Source of the DNA: Basidiobolus meristosporus CBS 931.73
Taxonomy: Eukaryota; Fungi; Basidiobolomycota
Assembly: GCA_002104905.1 (NCBI GenBank)
Contig: MCFE01000145.1
Coordinates: 1-64,000 of the forward strand
Direction: 5' to 3'
Length of the DNA stretch: 64,000 nt
Under the pieces are notes generated by a model. It was not told the origin of the DNA. It did not search any database and saw only the letters and a list, made by a program, of their open reading frames with translations. Below are positions 12,632 through 26,010 of this stretch, in pieces; the stretch's first letter is position 1, and the number at the start of each line of letters is the position of its first letter. The position numbers and the translations under genes were made by a program.

Positions 12632-14835
12632 GGGACGAAAGAATCTAGGTGGGAGAGGGTGAGTGAGAGAAAGTGAGAAATAGCAGGGGGAGTACGGGCG
12701 CGAATATAGGGCAATAGCTGAACTATCGGTTTGGAGGACCGCTGGTGTAAATGAGAAGATAGTGGAATCCCTAGGAGAGAGCGGATGAATTGACAATGAT
12801 GTTGAAATCCGACTTAAGAATCGAGGACATTCGGAATTTATACCGATTGCATGCGTGCGCATGGAGAGTGAAATTTCGGAAATTTTGAAGATCACATTGG
12901 ATTGATTGACATCATATAGTCGCCTCAAACACCCTACAATATCTTCTGCTAATCGCTGCAATTCTTTAAATTACTTTGCCAAATTGATACATTCAGCGCG
13001 GCCTGTTGCCATGGACATTGGTAAATTATGCTCACCAACCCGCCATGCATCATTTGATTAAGCCGGGATGTGCCATTGGACGAAAGCAAGGAATATTTTG
13101 GATCTGGGGCTGAGTTTCAGTAGAAGGGACCACGTTTATCGCGATAGAGACATCTTGCTGTTCTTGAGCTGTAATGCCACCAAAATGATCGAAAACTAAT
13201 GAAGTACCAGGGTGATTGGTGCCATGGTCATAGCCATTTAAGTAAACCGCTCTACGAAATGGCCACCAACTCCGATATATCATGACGATGGCCATCCGAA
13301 GAAGGAATGCCAATGTTGTACCAGAAATGATAACTTGGGGTGGTGGTGAAGTCACCAGCGAGGTGCACCGTGAAACATTGAGGAAATGAAGTCGACAAAC
13401 ACACCTCTTGAGCAATACTGAGGTATGTAGCAGCCAATTAGTTTCCGCAGTCCTGGTGAATATTATGAATATATTAAATGCTTCCTCATGCTGGGCAAAA
13501 GATGATCAATTCATTCACGGTTGCATATTCCTTCGGCGCTTGTAAAACCTTGAGTAACCCACAAGACTTCATGGATCTATCAGACAATTAGCTGTGTTCA
13601 GTGAAGAATGATGCTTGCCAGCAGCTAGCCATTGGTAAGATATAAGCTGTTTGGTACAACAATAAGGACGATTCTGGCTACTCTTAAATTTCATTGCAGA
13701 CCGGAAGAGTTTGAGGATGACGCGATGGTGTAACGACCAGGGAAGCTCATCATTAGTAATTGGTGTGCACTCCATCAAACCAACGACCAGCACGATATAA
13801 GCCACTACGGCAAGAGTGGTTGAAATGCATGTGGCCGATCCGAACTGCTCTATTTCGACCGGCGAATGCCGACTTGATTGGACCATGTGTTCGACTACCA
13901 GGACCGGTTTAGAATAGGACGAATCCAATTCGATTCCTAGCTATGTGTAGAAATGGATATTGGGGTTAAGGTCCATGCCACCAGAGCTAAACGCTAATTG
14001 CTTATTTAGTCAGGAAGCAAGCACATCGCCAGATGCTACTGGCTGAGCAATGCTGGTAAATATAGCTGTCGAAACTCTTAAATACTGGCCATTCAACGAG
14101 TGCAGCGGAGGGCTGGTGGAATTCTCAGGAAGAGAGGTTCTGGAGCTGGAAATGATTGGTTGGTGCGCGAGGCCGCCAAGCCATGGGCGCTTCCAAAAAA
14201 GCCAATTTCAACGTGAATATTTTCAAGCATAATCTAACTTTGTGGGTAGGCATGTGTGCTGGATATGGTGCGAAGGTTACCGGCTGCGGCCCATCCTTTT
14301 GTGATTTACACATCTTCTTTGGCAGATTCGGTTGACTTATAGGAACCACTGCTCTTTGGATAAGTGATTTATCCTCTTCGATGCGGCAATCAACCAAAAT
14401 TAAGTTCCATATTGGACCCGGTGGTAAATGAGTTCCTTTTTTGGCCAGTCTAATGAAACCTCTCAGTCCACCCATTGGAGGCGGCCAAGATCCTAGATAC
14501 CATCCAGGCTGGTTACTAGCCTAAGAGGGCGCCCAACGAGAATTCCCCTCCCGAATGAGGGTATATGATCATTCCCGTACTTCTCCATTACATTAACGGC
14601 GCTTTTTGGGGTTACCACTATTTATTGTGTGTGACAGAGACCGTCGAGGGAATGAAAACATTCACCTTTGTGAGCGGGCCTTTTTAAATAGCTGAATGCG
14701 CTGCCGACCCTCGGCTTTTTCTTTGCCTTGATCTCCCACTCTTTAATTAGATCTCCCCAGTTAGCACATCTTGTAAGTGACTTGATTCTCATCTCCCCCA
14801 TTGTTCTCTGTTCTTCACAAGATTATTTCTAAGCA

Positions 14836-15680
14836 ATGAGCAGGACTCATCAACTGTGCATCTTCGTGCTTGTACTTTTGTTAAGTTGTAGTTTAGCGTT
14901 GAATGTCTCTCGAAGAGAGTTTGGTGAAAGTCCACAATTGTTGGCTGCTGAGGTGCCTGCCGACACTGGCTCAGGCGCTGTCGTTCAGCCGTCGGATCCA
15001 GTTGTTCGTCCTTCGGATCCGACCTCTGCTGGCCCTCAACCAACCTCAAACACTCCAACCCCTGAGCCACCTGTAACCTCCCAGCAGCCCGAGACCCCAA
15101 AGCCAACCGAGACCCCCAAGCCTACACCTAACCCCACTCCCACTCCCAACCCTCCCGTCACCACACCTAAACCCACCTCCAATGATCCAGAGCCTTCTGT
15201 CAAGCCCACCACCCCCAACCCACCCAACACTCCTACTACCTCTCCGTCTACAACCAAGCCAACAGTAAGCTATAGGACCTCGACATATCTGGTGACCGTA
15301 ACCAGCAATGGATCGACAAGTGTGATCACCTCGCCCACTGTAATACCAGAAACCCCAGGGCCATCCGATGCTGCCAACGAGAGCAAGGGTAGCCAAGGGA
15401 GCTCCAAAACCGTCATGACAGTTGGGATCGTTGTGGGCTGTGTTGTGGTTATCTCTGCGGTTGGAATCTGGGTCTTCCGCAAATGGAAGCTGAAGGTAAA
15501 TCCCGGCTGATGCATGTTTTGCTGGCTAGTTGTTAATCTGTTTTTCTTCACGGTTAGCCTAGTAGAAACTTCAAGGATAAGATCAACAGTGACACCGACA
15601 ACTTCTTCTCCCCGCCTTCTTACACTAGTTCCGTGAACCGGGATAGGGATGCGGTGTTCCTGCGGGAGCTGAACGAGTAG
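14836..15680 (+). CDS. Type I membrane protein with Pro/Thr-rich mucin-like ectodomain (Mid2/Wsc-like sensor architecture), 2 exons, 260 aa
   Basis: Signal peptide, PT/PK/PE repeats, TM helix VGIVVGCVVVISAVGIWVF then RKWKLK. Intron 15496-15557 (GTAAAT...GTTAG) continues PSRNFKDKI...FLRELNE* in frame. Confidence 0.9.
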
Positions 15681-16247
15681 CATGAATAGCATAGGGGCTC
15701 CTTCGTCCCCATTCAACCTTCCCCCAATTTGCTTGGCTCCTGTGCCCGAAGCATCAATACCCTCCGTTTGAATGTACCAAATCTCCTCTAGTTCCTTCCA
15801 ATTTTGAAATATTCGCAGATGTAGGCTAAAGAATTTTGACTTCTTTCCCCCATAATCGGCCACCCCTTCCTTCCGGGTGGCTTCAATGACAATTCAGTTC
15901 TTTAACACCTGGACTCCCTTTCTGTTAACACTCCCCCCCTCAAGGCCCTAGTTTTGGTCGCTGAGCATTCTCCCATTTCATTAGAAGTATTTCAGTAGTA
16001 CCAGTTCAACCAAGTAAAATCTAATCTTCCCTCTGAACGCGTGAGTGGTACAAGGTGGAGGACTCAAGGCAAGGTCCCATGGGACGCGGCATGCGCCGGA
16101 TCGTGCTTGTCAGGTTTTTCTCAGTATTTATTCCGTATAAATCAAGTTCAAGCAGATGAAAACTGGCTCAAAATATTGCCCAAAAAGTCCACTAATCCGA
16201 ACTGTCCAAAATGCCCCTCATCTTCAGTTTGCCCGGAGACGATCCGT

Positions 16248-19069
16248 TCACTGCTCACATGCTTTGGACCACTGGAGCGAGGCGGTCTCGGTCTTCCCAC
16301 TGACACTGTACCAATCGTGTATCCTTCCATCGATGAGATCAAAAAGCGAGTTCATCTCCCTTTTCCAGCAATATTTCCCTTGGGTGATCCTCATGGTCTG
16401 TTCGATGGTTTCAGTCAAGTCACGGAATTTGGCGAAGTTCACCAGCTCACCTGACCGCTGGGGCTCATTCGCAGGGGGACCGTGGATATGGATGAACGTG
16501 GAGGGACCGTCAAGAAGAAAGGTGATGTCCTTGAGCAGCAATGCTGGGGTGTAGCTCTGTTAGAATACGTAGTGAAAAGGCTGGTCGTGATGATGCTTAC
16601 GTAGGAATGGTGTACCAGGGGAGTTGGCCTCGTGAAGCGCCGTTCGGTAGTATTTCATATTTCCGGATACATCCAGCAGTCTCTCCAAGGAGCGAAACGT
16701 GTTTCTCTCATTGCTCGACAACATCTGGGTCAGCGATATGTTAGCCGCGCTAAAAGGTCAGGAGTGGAGGCATGCAATTCCGGGAAATACCTTCCAGCTG
16801 CGTTTCAGCGATTGTACCGGATTGGATAGCAGGCCGCTGGTGATCATCATGGCAGTGTGGAAGCTATTCATTTCTCTACAGTGCTGCAAAAGGCAACTGG
16901 TGAATCCATCGGTTCGGGCCAATGGCTTGGGGTTTACGTACTTTCGCGATGTTGATGAATTGGCGGATCAACAGGTATCTCTTGTTCAGGTCGAGTATTG
17001 TGCAGAGCTCGCAGGCTACCCAATTTCGTATCTGCGTCGATGTCGGGTGAGTTCCAAAATAGCAATCTCGTGTGGCTCTGTAGGCTTACCATGTTCGACC
17101 TTTCTACCAGCATCTGAACCATGTTGAGATCGTCTGGTTTGGTCTGAAACACGAGGAACTGGTAAATCGTCAGCTCCTTGAAAAGTTCAAGATCTTTGAA
17201 GCACAGGATGCGGGCTATTATCTCGTAATTCATGTCAAGCAGGATAGAGTGGTAGGAGAATGGGTAGGGTGCCGGTGTCCTGGGTGTTCGTTGCAACGAC
17301 CCAAGCATGAAAGATATAATGGTTCGTGGTAGGTAGGGACATCCATCTGTGTCAGCATGGCTTCTTTCCAACAGATACTGACCAATGGGTAATTTCTGCG
17401 ACTCGCGTCTGGCAGAATGCCGAAAGGCCTATTCGCAATTCATGGTTAAGATGCAGCGCACTTGGATGTCAGTCGCCTTCATTACCTTGGCCATCCTCTC
17501 TGACCAGATTCGTTTGATGATCGCCTGATGTGGTATCCTCATCTGATGCAGAAAGTCCGAAAACACCTCATATATCTGTGTATCCCGATGGAAATCCTGA
17601 TAGCGGAGGTTTAGCCACTGGGTGAGAATGATGGTGATTCTGGCGAGAGGCCATTAGTGATGTACAAATGATGGGCCAGCTGCGGACGTACCTTTCCATC
17701 TTCATCTCGCTGCTCTTTCTTCTCTTCATATGAGGGGCCTTCCGTAGCGCTGCTAGGTATGTAGAATGCGGTCAAGGAAGCAACAAGATTGATGGATATC
17801 CTGACAGATATCGTGATAGAAAAGTAGGATATTTTTTGAACAAATAGTGCAATAGCGAATGCGAGCTCATGAATAGATGATGGCAGTGTAGGAAGCACTT
17901 GATGAAGTCCTCCTCTAGACAAAGTGATTAGGAGACCGTATTGGTGATCGCTCAAGGCTAGTCCGTACCTTGCTTGTTTCTCGAGCAGAGCTGCTGTAGT
18001 AATCGTGGCACTGTGCCGGCAATCACCTGGTATCTGTTGAAGCCAAGTTTAGAGCACCGGAAGGCAATGAAATGAAGGGGATTGGCCTACCTGTGATCCT
18101 TCAGTTGCAACACTAGCACAGTCTTGTGTTCTTTGGTTATATGCATCACTTCTAAGATCAACCATCTGATTAATAGCTGGCTGGTGGATTGAGTCTTGGA
18201 TGATGAGATCAAGGATGAGGTGCCTTGTGACCAGAATGCATGAGCAGCTCAATGAGCGGCTCTGTATTTACCTGTTGCATGGGGGTGGCATACGAAGGCT
18301 TGTAGATTCTCGACAAAGGCCTTTATCTGCGGTCCAAAGGGCAAATACCTCTCCAGGAGAGTACATCTCTCTATCAGCCATGGCTACCTCGTCTCATTAA
18401 TCACTCTGTTTGGGATGAAAGCAGCAGTCCTGGTGACTTACCCAGCCATTTCGGCAATAGAGCTGAAGCGATTTGGGCAGAGGCCAGGTGCCGGCGTGCG
18501 GGGAGCCGAGGAATGGTGTGCTATAGTCGAGTCGGGATTGAAGCCTGCCATAGGCTTGTATCAGTATCGTGCCAATCCATCCTACCGAGGGAATGATTAG
18601 TGCGGTGACGAGCGTGACACAGCTGTGGAAGATGCGTGGTATTGCTAGTGAAAGCCAGTTTGATGGACATTCTGGATCGGTCCTGTTGCCATCCATTGGC
18701 TGTTGTTGGATGGCTTTTGTACAATCCTTAATAAGCCCTAAGCCGTAGTCCAATTGCCATAGCAGCTCCAGAGAGATCTGAGACAGCCTCAGCATGAACG
18801 TGGTGGACTCCATCTAACAATGATCAGTGAGAGTCACGGTCTGAAGTATCTGGAATAGCCGGATTTACCTCTTCGTTGAGATTGTCACACAACTCCTCAA
18901 GGGTGGCTTTCACCTTGAACTCCAAGTCAATCTCCCCTTCTTGAAGACACAAGTCGTCATGTGAAGTCCACGGGGAGTCTTGAAAATCCTCCAGTTCCTT
19001 TTTGTGCGCCGCTGGCGAATAGCGATCAAGCAACTCTCCTCTACTGCGCAAGTGCTCCAACCTACTCAT
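16248..19069 (-). CDS. Ras guanine-nucleotide exchange factor (REM + CDC25/RasGEF domains), multi-exon
   Basis: REM-like EDFIKCFLHCHHLFMSSHSLLHYLFKKY. CDC25 motifs LLDMNYEIIARILCFKDLELF, NWVACELCTILDLNKRYLLIRQFINIAKHCREMNSFHTAMMITSGL, LLDVSGNMKYYR and LLKDITFLLDG..LVNFAKFR, joined by GT-AG introns. Exact 5' and 3' ends uncertain. Confidence 0.9.
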
Positions 19070-22000
19070 GAAAAAGCTGTCCGATGGAGCGCTCCTGAGG
19101 TAACCCTTTGTCCCTATTCCACGATAATCAAAACGAACCGCTCGTTGCTAAAGGATGTCGAGAGTAGAGCTAGCTGGCCGAGGAAAAGGAGAGCAAGGCG
19201 TGAAGATTCTCGTACAAGTCGGGGCGGTGGGGAGAATTGGGAAGTTTTTAAGTTTACCAAGCGCCGAGGGAGTGAATGTTTAGCTGTGGTGCACCGTCAG
19301 GTGTGTGCCCACTTGGAGCCGGTTTAGGGGCCATTTAAGAAATGTTTCCTTATTGACCTCTGATTTGGCTTAAAATGGGAATCGATGGGTGTTATTAAGT
19401 ACATCAATCAATTGTCAAGTAAACAAAGCTCTGAATGCCCACACTATGGATGTCCGGCTAAGTGAGATGTTTTGGTTTTGGATCTCGAGCACTGATGGAA
19501 GAGTCCCGCCAGTCTTTAAGGTGAGGAAAACCCAATTTTCAACCCAGCAAATAGAAGTAAGCAATGCACATGCACCCTCCAAATGGTCAAAGCTTTAATC
19601 TAACCTTTAGCTGACCAGGGGGCTATAGGCTACTTATACACCCGCAGTAAATCAACTCCGCCCTGGGAACTTTCAAGGTCCAGGTGATTCCATGGTCGAT
19701 GCCATCACACCGACAGATACATATGCACACCATCGATTGTCACATGAAAGGAACACACCTCTGTCCGTTTGAAACGTAGTCTATTTACAGACGCCAACTC
19801 AAGTCATGATGAGTTGACAGAGGGTTGCCATCACCTGAATCACTACCAACAAGACAGGAACACATGCTTTCGGAGTCCTGTGTGGTTATAATATAATTCG
19901 GTGCCTCTCATTCTGTGGATTCCAAACTCTACGTGTTTCAGCCCTCCCTTTCCCTTGCAGGCTCTGTGCCGAGTATTGGTGCGACCAGATAATCCCACTG
20001 GAGGCATACCGTGTTTCTAAATCACTTCCTGGCTTTGGGGCTATTTCAAGATGAGGCAATATATGATGCATGAGCTTTTCACGCGAATAGCTAAGCCACC
20101 TCGCTCCCAACCAACCGGCGCATCCGACAGAGGATGGACCGATTATGAGACAATGTTGATTTAGATGTGGCATCTACAAAACACCAATGAGATTCCGAAA
20201 TGTATGGGCCATCAGTATAGTTTAAAGGCTGTAAATCGATAATCTCTGGTGGGGCTGTTTAAAACCTTCATGGATAGGTCTTTTCCACCGTCCATTCGAT
20301 GGCTATCTAAACACCAGGTCCTGATGTAGTTGTCTCGAAATCGTTTCAAGTCGCAATTCAGCGGAAGCACTCCGTGGGTCTTAAACAAATTGGGTTCATC
20401 ACCTTGCCTGGCATCAGCCCAACTTCTTCATTAGTAGTAGTCTCATCGATCCACTCGCCTGTTTACTTCATGCTGAGACAGTCCGCCAAATACCCAGACT
20501 GCCCCACAAGAGCTTGTGGCAGTGTGTAGACAACAGAGAATATGGGCCAGCCTGCATGGCCTCAGTGCCGATCAGTGTGTTCTGGTGACTACGCGGACCG
20601 TGGACTCTATACTCATTTTAACACATCGGCCGTATCAGCTACATCCGGCGTGAACGCAGATACTGTCTACTCATACAACCATCGCTTTTGATACAGTGTT
20701 TACCCTTGTGCATGTGTGCCAGTCAGAAGCCACACTTCAATGGCAACTTGTGAGGTTGAGGAAAAGTAGATCGAACAAACGACCTCATTAAGCAAGGACC
20801 CTCACCAGAACTGATTGAGCTCCATTGTTCCATCTGTAATCACCCCCAGTCAAGCGATTCACCATAGCTCCGCTTTCATGTCACGCTAATCCAATTCTGA
20901 CGCAACAGTGGGATTCCCGGCCAGCTTCTGATTGGCTGCTGTATATATTGGTGCCAATAAATTCCGATCTGGCAATCGTGATCCTCGTCAACTTTCATTC
21001 AGTGGTCATACATCAACTTTTGGGTGCTCAGAGTCAGGGATACTTGATCCACAGTACCAACTGTATCTGAGATACTGGGTGCCGTATTGAGACGTAATTG
21101 ACCATAAGTGATGGTTCACGAACAATGATGCTTATCGTGCGGTATGACTCCATAATCATTAGCCCTCCGCCAGAGAAGGTTAGATTGCCAAAGAATTCTC
21201 GGTTCCGCCTTGATCGCTCCGAACCGAGGTCGCTGCTACGTTTACCGTCCCGCAGTCCCGTACCTGTCGCCAAACATGTGTACGGTGGCGAGCTCAATTT
21301 CTGCCAGCAATGGTGGATTAATGCTGCCGGCTTACGTAATAGTGGTGAATGGTTGATATGAGGCACTTGTATTTTGGAAGCACCAACGCGAGCTTCAGAA
21401 ATTCTCCACACCAATGAAGTCAACCCAACCAGGGCTCTTGTTTCAAGGTGCAGCTCTCCGGTGACGTCTGTAATGATGACATGCCCTACTCCCATTTCCT
21501 ATCTGGAATGGGAGACTGATGGCCGTTCAAGACAAGCTGAGATACAAACGGATATTTCAGCGCCGTTGATTGGACAGCGTGCCGAGGATAATCATGCTTC
21601 ACCAATCCGTAACGGATGGCTATTCATGGACGAGGTAAAATAAACCGCACCAATTTGGTTCCAAAAGATAGAAACCTGATCTAGAGGGAAGCTTGGCTGA
21701 TTCATTCCATGCAGGATGACGGCCTATTGCTGAACAGAGGTCGCGATCATGGATATTCAGAAACCATGCTATTCTTATGGCGGTCGGCAGCCTGGTCGAG
21801 CCTCCGATTGTTTCGAGAGGATGGGTTGCGCTTATCCTCGCCTAGACTGAGTCAAGAAAATACGGCATTTCGTTGGTGAATCCAGCGGACATTCGGCTCA
21901 CGCAACTGCGACTTTCACGACAACCAATTGATCCTTTGGTTTCATAGGGTGCATTAATATCTTCAATGCACTGAAAAGCTGTACGCGGCGGGACAAGCCG

Positions 22001-22251
22001 GACTCGCCACAGGCTGATCCTTTCATGCATGTTAGGCATTGGTATTTCCCTGGGAGCTGCGATTTGGAATCAATCCAAGAAACCATATGAAACCAGGCCC
22101 TCAAAATCCGTGTTTATTCAAGAGAAACCCCAATAGACAAACATTGACTTAGCCCTTCGATAGGCGACATGGTTGCGCATATATAAGCCCAAGTAGGCCG
22201 TGTCCATCGACGCTTACCCATTTCCCTCTCTCTCCACGTTGAACATCGGGT

Positions 22252-22653
22252 ATGAACTGTATATGTTTCCAGAGATCCATTCCCGGGGGAAGTGACTATT
22301 CATGGGTGCCTCGTTTTAAAAAATCAAAGCAGTGCAAAGACATCAGCAACGCCACAGCACACGGAACCATGAACACCCACAAACTGAAATCATTCATCGT
22401 AACATTAAAGAACCTTTCCAGCCCAGCTCGTTGTTGCACCAGCCCCCCACGGATTCCCGAAAATCGGCCCAATTCCACTGAGTACATATCCCTGTCCAAC
22501 TACCAGATACCCGAGATGGACTTTGAGAAGTCCCACCGTGCAGCTAGCATCTCCCAGAGCCGTGGGATCTTCGATTTCCTGTTTAATACCACCGAAGACT
22601 TCATCCAGATGGAGAACTACGACGAACTGATATGCCTAGGGTCAACATGCTGA
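22252..22653 (+). CDS. Small hypothetical protein (133 aa)
   Basis: ATG-initiated ORF about 70 bp downstream of a TATATAA box in a pyrimidine-rich leader. No recognised domain. Confidence 0.4.
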   Translation: MNCICFQRSIPGGSDYSWVPRFKKSKQCKDISNATAHGTMNTHKLKSFIVTLKNLSSPARCCTSPPRIPENRPNSTEYISLSNYQIPEMDFEKSHRAASISQSRGIFDFLFNTTEDFIQMENYDELICLGSTC

Positions 22654-23769
22654 TGGTCCCACTCTTTCGCATATCAACTCTCATGAGCTTGATTGATCCG
22701 GCTCTCCTCCCAGTAGATCCTCGTTTGTCAGCACCGCCAGCATGATATACGACACAAAGTATCTCCTCACTCCGTTTCACCATAGGTCACCTTCCCCATC
22801 CCCTGCCCAGTCTCAGGAGCAGCCAGTTTTTCATTAGCGAGTTTACCATATTCCCATGTCTCCCCCTCACGTCAAGCATCCATCGACTCCCAACCATTGT
22901 AAACCAACTCCGCCATATCATTAATCACCACCGATTTTCCTCATTCTAATAGCACCCAGTTGATTCGCCTCGATATCCAGCCGACTTCATGTATTTAATT
23001 AGCCAGTTCCGAAATGTCCATGTACATATATGTCGAGAGGGAAAGGTTTTCACGAAGATCATATGAAAAATAAATCGGATCCATCCGACCCTTTCATGCT
23101 TAACCTACAGACCCCTCGCGTGTGGAATAGTCGATTGGCCGACTGCATCTCACTCATGTACGACTGTATACACGCTCAGCGCATGTTCATAGTGAGTACA
23201 CCAGCGATCTTCCTGCCCTTACCACTCGAGTCAACTCGGTGCAATCACCGATCCCGGACGCAATGTTGCCTTTCCAGTCAATAGACAGTCGTGACATGTT
23301 CAACAGATGACTCTGGCGTATACTTCAGATTGCAACTTTGAGGTGGAATAGTTCTACCTGCATCAATTGCGATAATCCATCAGGATAACTGTAGTTAGAA
23401 ACCGATATATACATACATATGGATGGATTGTCGGGGTGTCTGGAAGTTCTTGTCCACTCCGTTGTACTCAATTGGCCGTGCTGCTTGGCTAGGGGTGATT
23501 TCCAATAGCTAGTAGCAGTATCTATCCTTCTGATACCGGATTTGCAAGGTGGAAATCCTACCCATCGAAGATCATGATTTATCGAGGCCCGGCATCTGCA
23601 CATCCAAATTTCCATGGAAATTGATGTTGCATTTAGGATATTGCTTATGAGGCTGGACCTAATCAACGTAGATCACGATCTGGGCGTCCCAAATCTGAAA
23701 GTGCTTAAATCAACAAATGAACTCACGATAGTGACATTTACTTTGGCAAAGCCAAGACTCCTAGTCAAC

Positions 23770-25378
23770 ATGTCCCAAGAAAAACCTAGAACTATACTGT
23801 GTATTGGTTAGCAGATATCCTCCCTACTTTTCTTCCTTACTAGAGACACTGATCATAGGTGGGATGAACCCCCATATTCGCTAGGCCCGAATCCCGCTTT
23901 TCAATCCACGCTTTATTTTGAGCAATTCCAAGTAGGCCAGGTCAATCGAGCCCGTAACAAGACTACTTCCATCGGTGGTAAAGGTAATTTGGTTGTGGGC
24001 GACTTGTTCCACAGAATGGTACTGAATGCGGTTTCGGTTTTCCAGGACAGAACTTTGTTTTGGCTACAGAGCAGTATGGCTTTCAAGATAAGGTAATCAA
24101 GGCTAGGGAAGGTGATTTGTGTAGAAGGCTAATATTTTGAGAGCAGGTCACCTTACTTCAAATTTTGGGCGGAGGCACTGGACAGGCTCTAGAAACGTCT
24201 TTGAGAGAGCGCGGATTCCACTTAGTCAACGGTAAGCTTTGCTCAGTGCCTGTTTGTTTATAGGAATTCGCTACTCACCGGAAGGTCCCTCTCGACGCAG
24301 TATACACCAAAAATCCCACTCGCAGCTGCACCACCGTTTTGGACGATCTGAGCGGTGAGATGACAGAGTTGATTGTAGGTTGGCCTCCTCATTCGTACCA
24401 ATTGATGGGGAGTAACTTGATTTCTCTTGTAGGAGCCATCAGAAAAGCTGAGTGAGGACGAGGTGTTGCAATTTGAGGAAGTTGGTAAGAGCCTACTGAG
24501 AAACGGCTCCGACGATTTGTTGGGCATTGCGTTATGTGGTAAATACAAGAGCTCTCAACTATCATATGGACCTGCCCTAGATCATTAACTGCTCTTGTTG
24601 ACCGCAGGGACCTTTCCATCCGGGGTTACGGGTGAAACATTTGCTAATATATTGACTACGAAGCCCAACGAGTCTGTATTTCTTTTGGACGCGTACAAGG
24701 ACGTGGCCAAAATCCTGGAAACCGGCAAAGTCAACGTGATGAAGATCAACCGAGAGGAGCTGAACAACATAGTTGGTGGTGCTCATGATTCGAGGTCGGT
24801 TGGATTCTGCCAGGTTGTATTGCACTCATATGATATCACGTCCGACTGACATTCGGAAATCAACTCCAAAGTGCCGCATCCGACGACATTCCATCCCTAG
24901 CACGTAGATTCTTTGCCATGTATCAGGTGGACTACTTGGCAATCACGAATGGGCCAGAGAGGTAAGTTGGACCAAGGGACCCCATGTTCGATCAATCTGT
25001 TGAGTATTCGCCTTGCAGGGCCTATCTGTTTCCAAACAGCGATTCGGAGTATTACGCGTTCGAGATTCCGAAGCTTACCAGCGTTCTGGGCAACGATTCC
25101 ACCAAGCCATTGCGCATCAACCCCCTTGGGGCCGGTGATACGTGCAGTGCGGTTTTCTTATGCGAGTACACTAAAACCAAGGTAGCGCCTGATTGATACG
25201 CCGTTGTAGAGTATAGCTGACACGAGCATTTTCCTAACAGGATGCCGCTGTTTCTTTGAAGCATGGTTTGGCTGCTGCTTCGGCATCTTGTCTCGTGTTG
25301 CATCAAACCGCCCAATTTGACATGGAGGTCAAGAGGACAATATACCAGGCCATCAAGATGGAAAAATCAAGTTATTAA
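23770..25378 (+). CDS. PfkB/ribokinase-family sugar kinase resembling 1-phosphofructokinase/tagatose-6-phosphate kinase (FruK/LacC), multi-exon
   Basis: Spliced model reads ILCIGPNPAFQSTLYFEQFQVGQVNRA..SIGGKGQNF, TRSCTTVLD..GEMTELI, FLLDAY..MKINREEL, INPLGAGDTCSAVF (PfkB signature) and GLAAASASC. Introns are canonical. Confidence 0.9.
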
Positions 25379-25548
25379 TTGAAGGGCCATCGTGGTGTAA
25401 TGGTCACAGGGGGGATTTTTATTGGTCATAGATGGATAAATGCATAGATTGTAATGACTCAAGGAGCATTAGGTAGTTGAAGAATGGGGTTGACCCACGA
25501 AGCTTGTCCAGTCTGGGAAGTCGGCTCAACATACGATGAATACCGCTT

Positions 25549-26010
25549 TCAATAAAATTTTGCGACAATTCCCAAGCCACTTAAAGTCAGTAACACACTT
25601 GGTAACAAGGGGTTGCCGGCGCTCGGAGCAACTGGGGTGGGGGTTACGGTGGGTGAGACTTGTGATCGGACGGATGATGCAACACTCAGGATATCAGAGG
25701 TAGCTCTAGATACACCAGAGCTGACGACCGACCCTACTGAAGATACCCCTTGCTCAACCTTCGAGGCAACCTTTGTCGCCTCTGAGCCAATGGCCGATGT
25801 AACAGAGGCTCCGATGCTGGCCCCGTCAGCGGTGCCTGTAGCTATGACCGAGCCCACTGCACCAGCTACAGAGTTCCAGGCAGCACCAGCGTCAGAAGGG
25901 ATCTGTTGAGCTACTGAGCGGATGGCAGAGCCAACATCTTGTGCAGAAGCGTACCCATCGAGAGTCATCAAGCCGAGGAAGAAGAGGGTGAATTGACCAG
26001 CAAACTTCAT
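25549..26010 (-). CDS. Ser/Ala/Val-rich secreted, probably GPI-anchored, cell-surface protein (153 aa)
   Basis: ATG at 26010, signal peptide MKFAGQFTLFFLGLMTLDGYASA, low-complexity body, C-terminal SAG followed by a hydrophobic tail. Confidence 0.85.
   Translation of the reverse strand: MKFAGQFTLFFLGLMTLDGYASAQDVGSAIRSVAQQIPSDAGAAWNSVAGAVGSVIATGTADGASIGASVTSAIGSEATKVASKVEQGVSSVGSVVSSGVSRATSDILSVASSVRSQVSPTVTPTPVAPSAGNPLLPSVLLTLSGLGIVAKFY

Noticed and set aside
13050-14475. Several 110-120 aa minus-strand ORFs with hydrophobic stretches
   Set aside because: I could not assemble a consistent spliced model or recognise a domain; a gene may exist but is unsupported.
15270-15863. 197-aa minus-strand ORF
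   Set aside because: Antisense shadow of the mucin-like membrane gene.
25385-25420. tRNA-like 5' sequence (ggccatcgtggtgtaatggtca)
   Set aside because: A-box-like only; no anticodon arm, T-loop GTTCRA or acceptor-stem partner follows.
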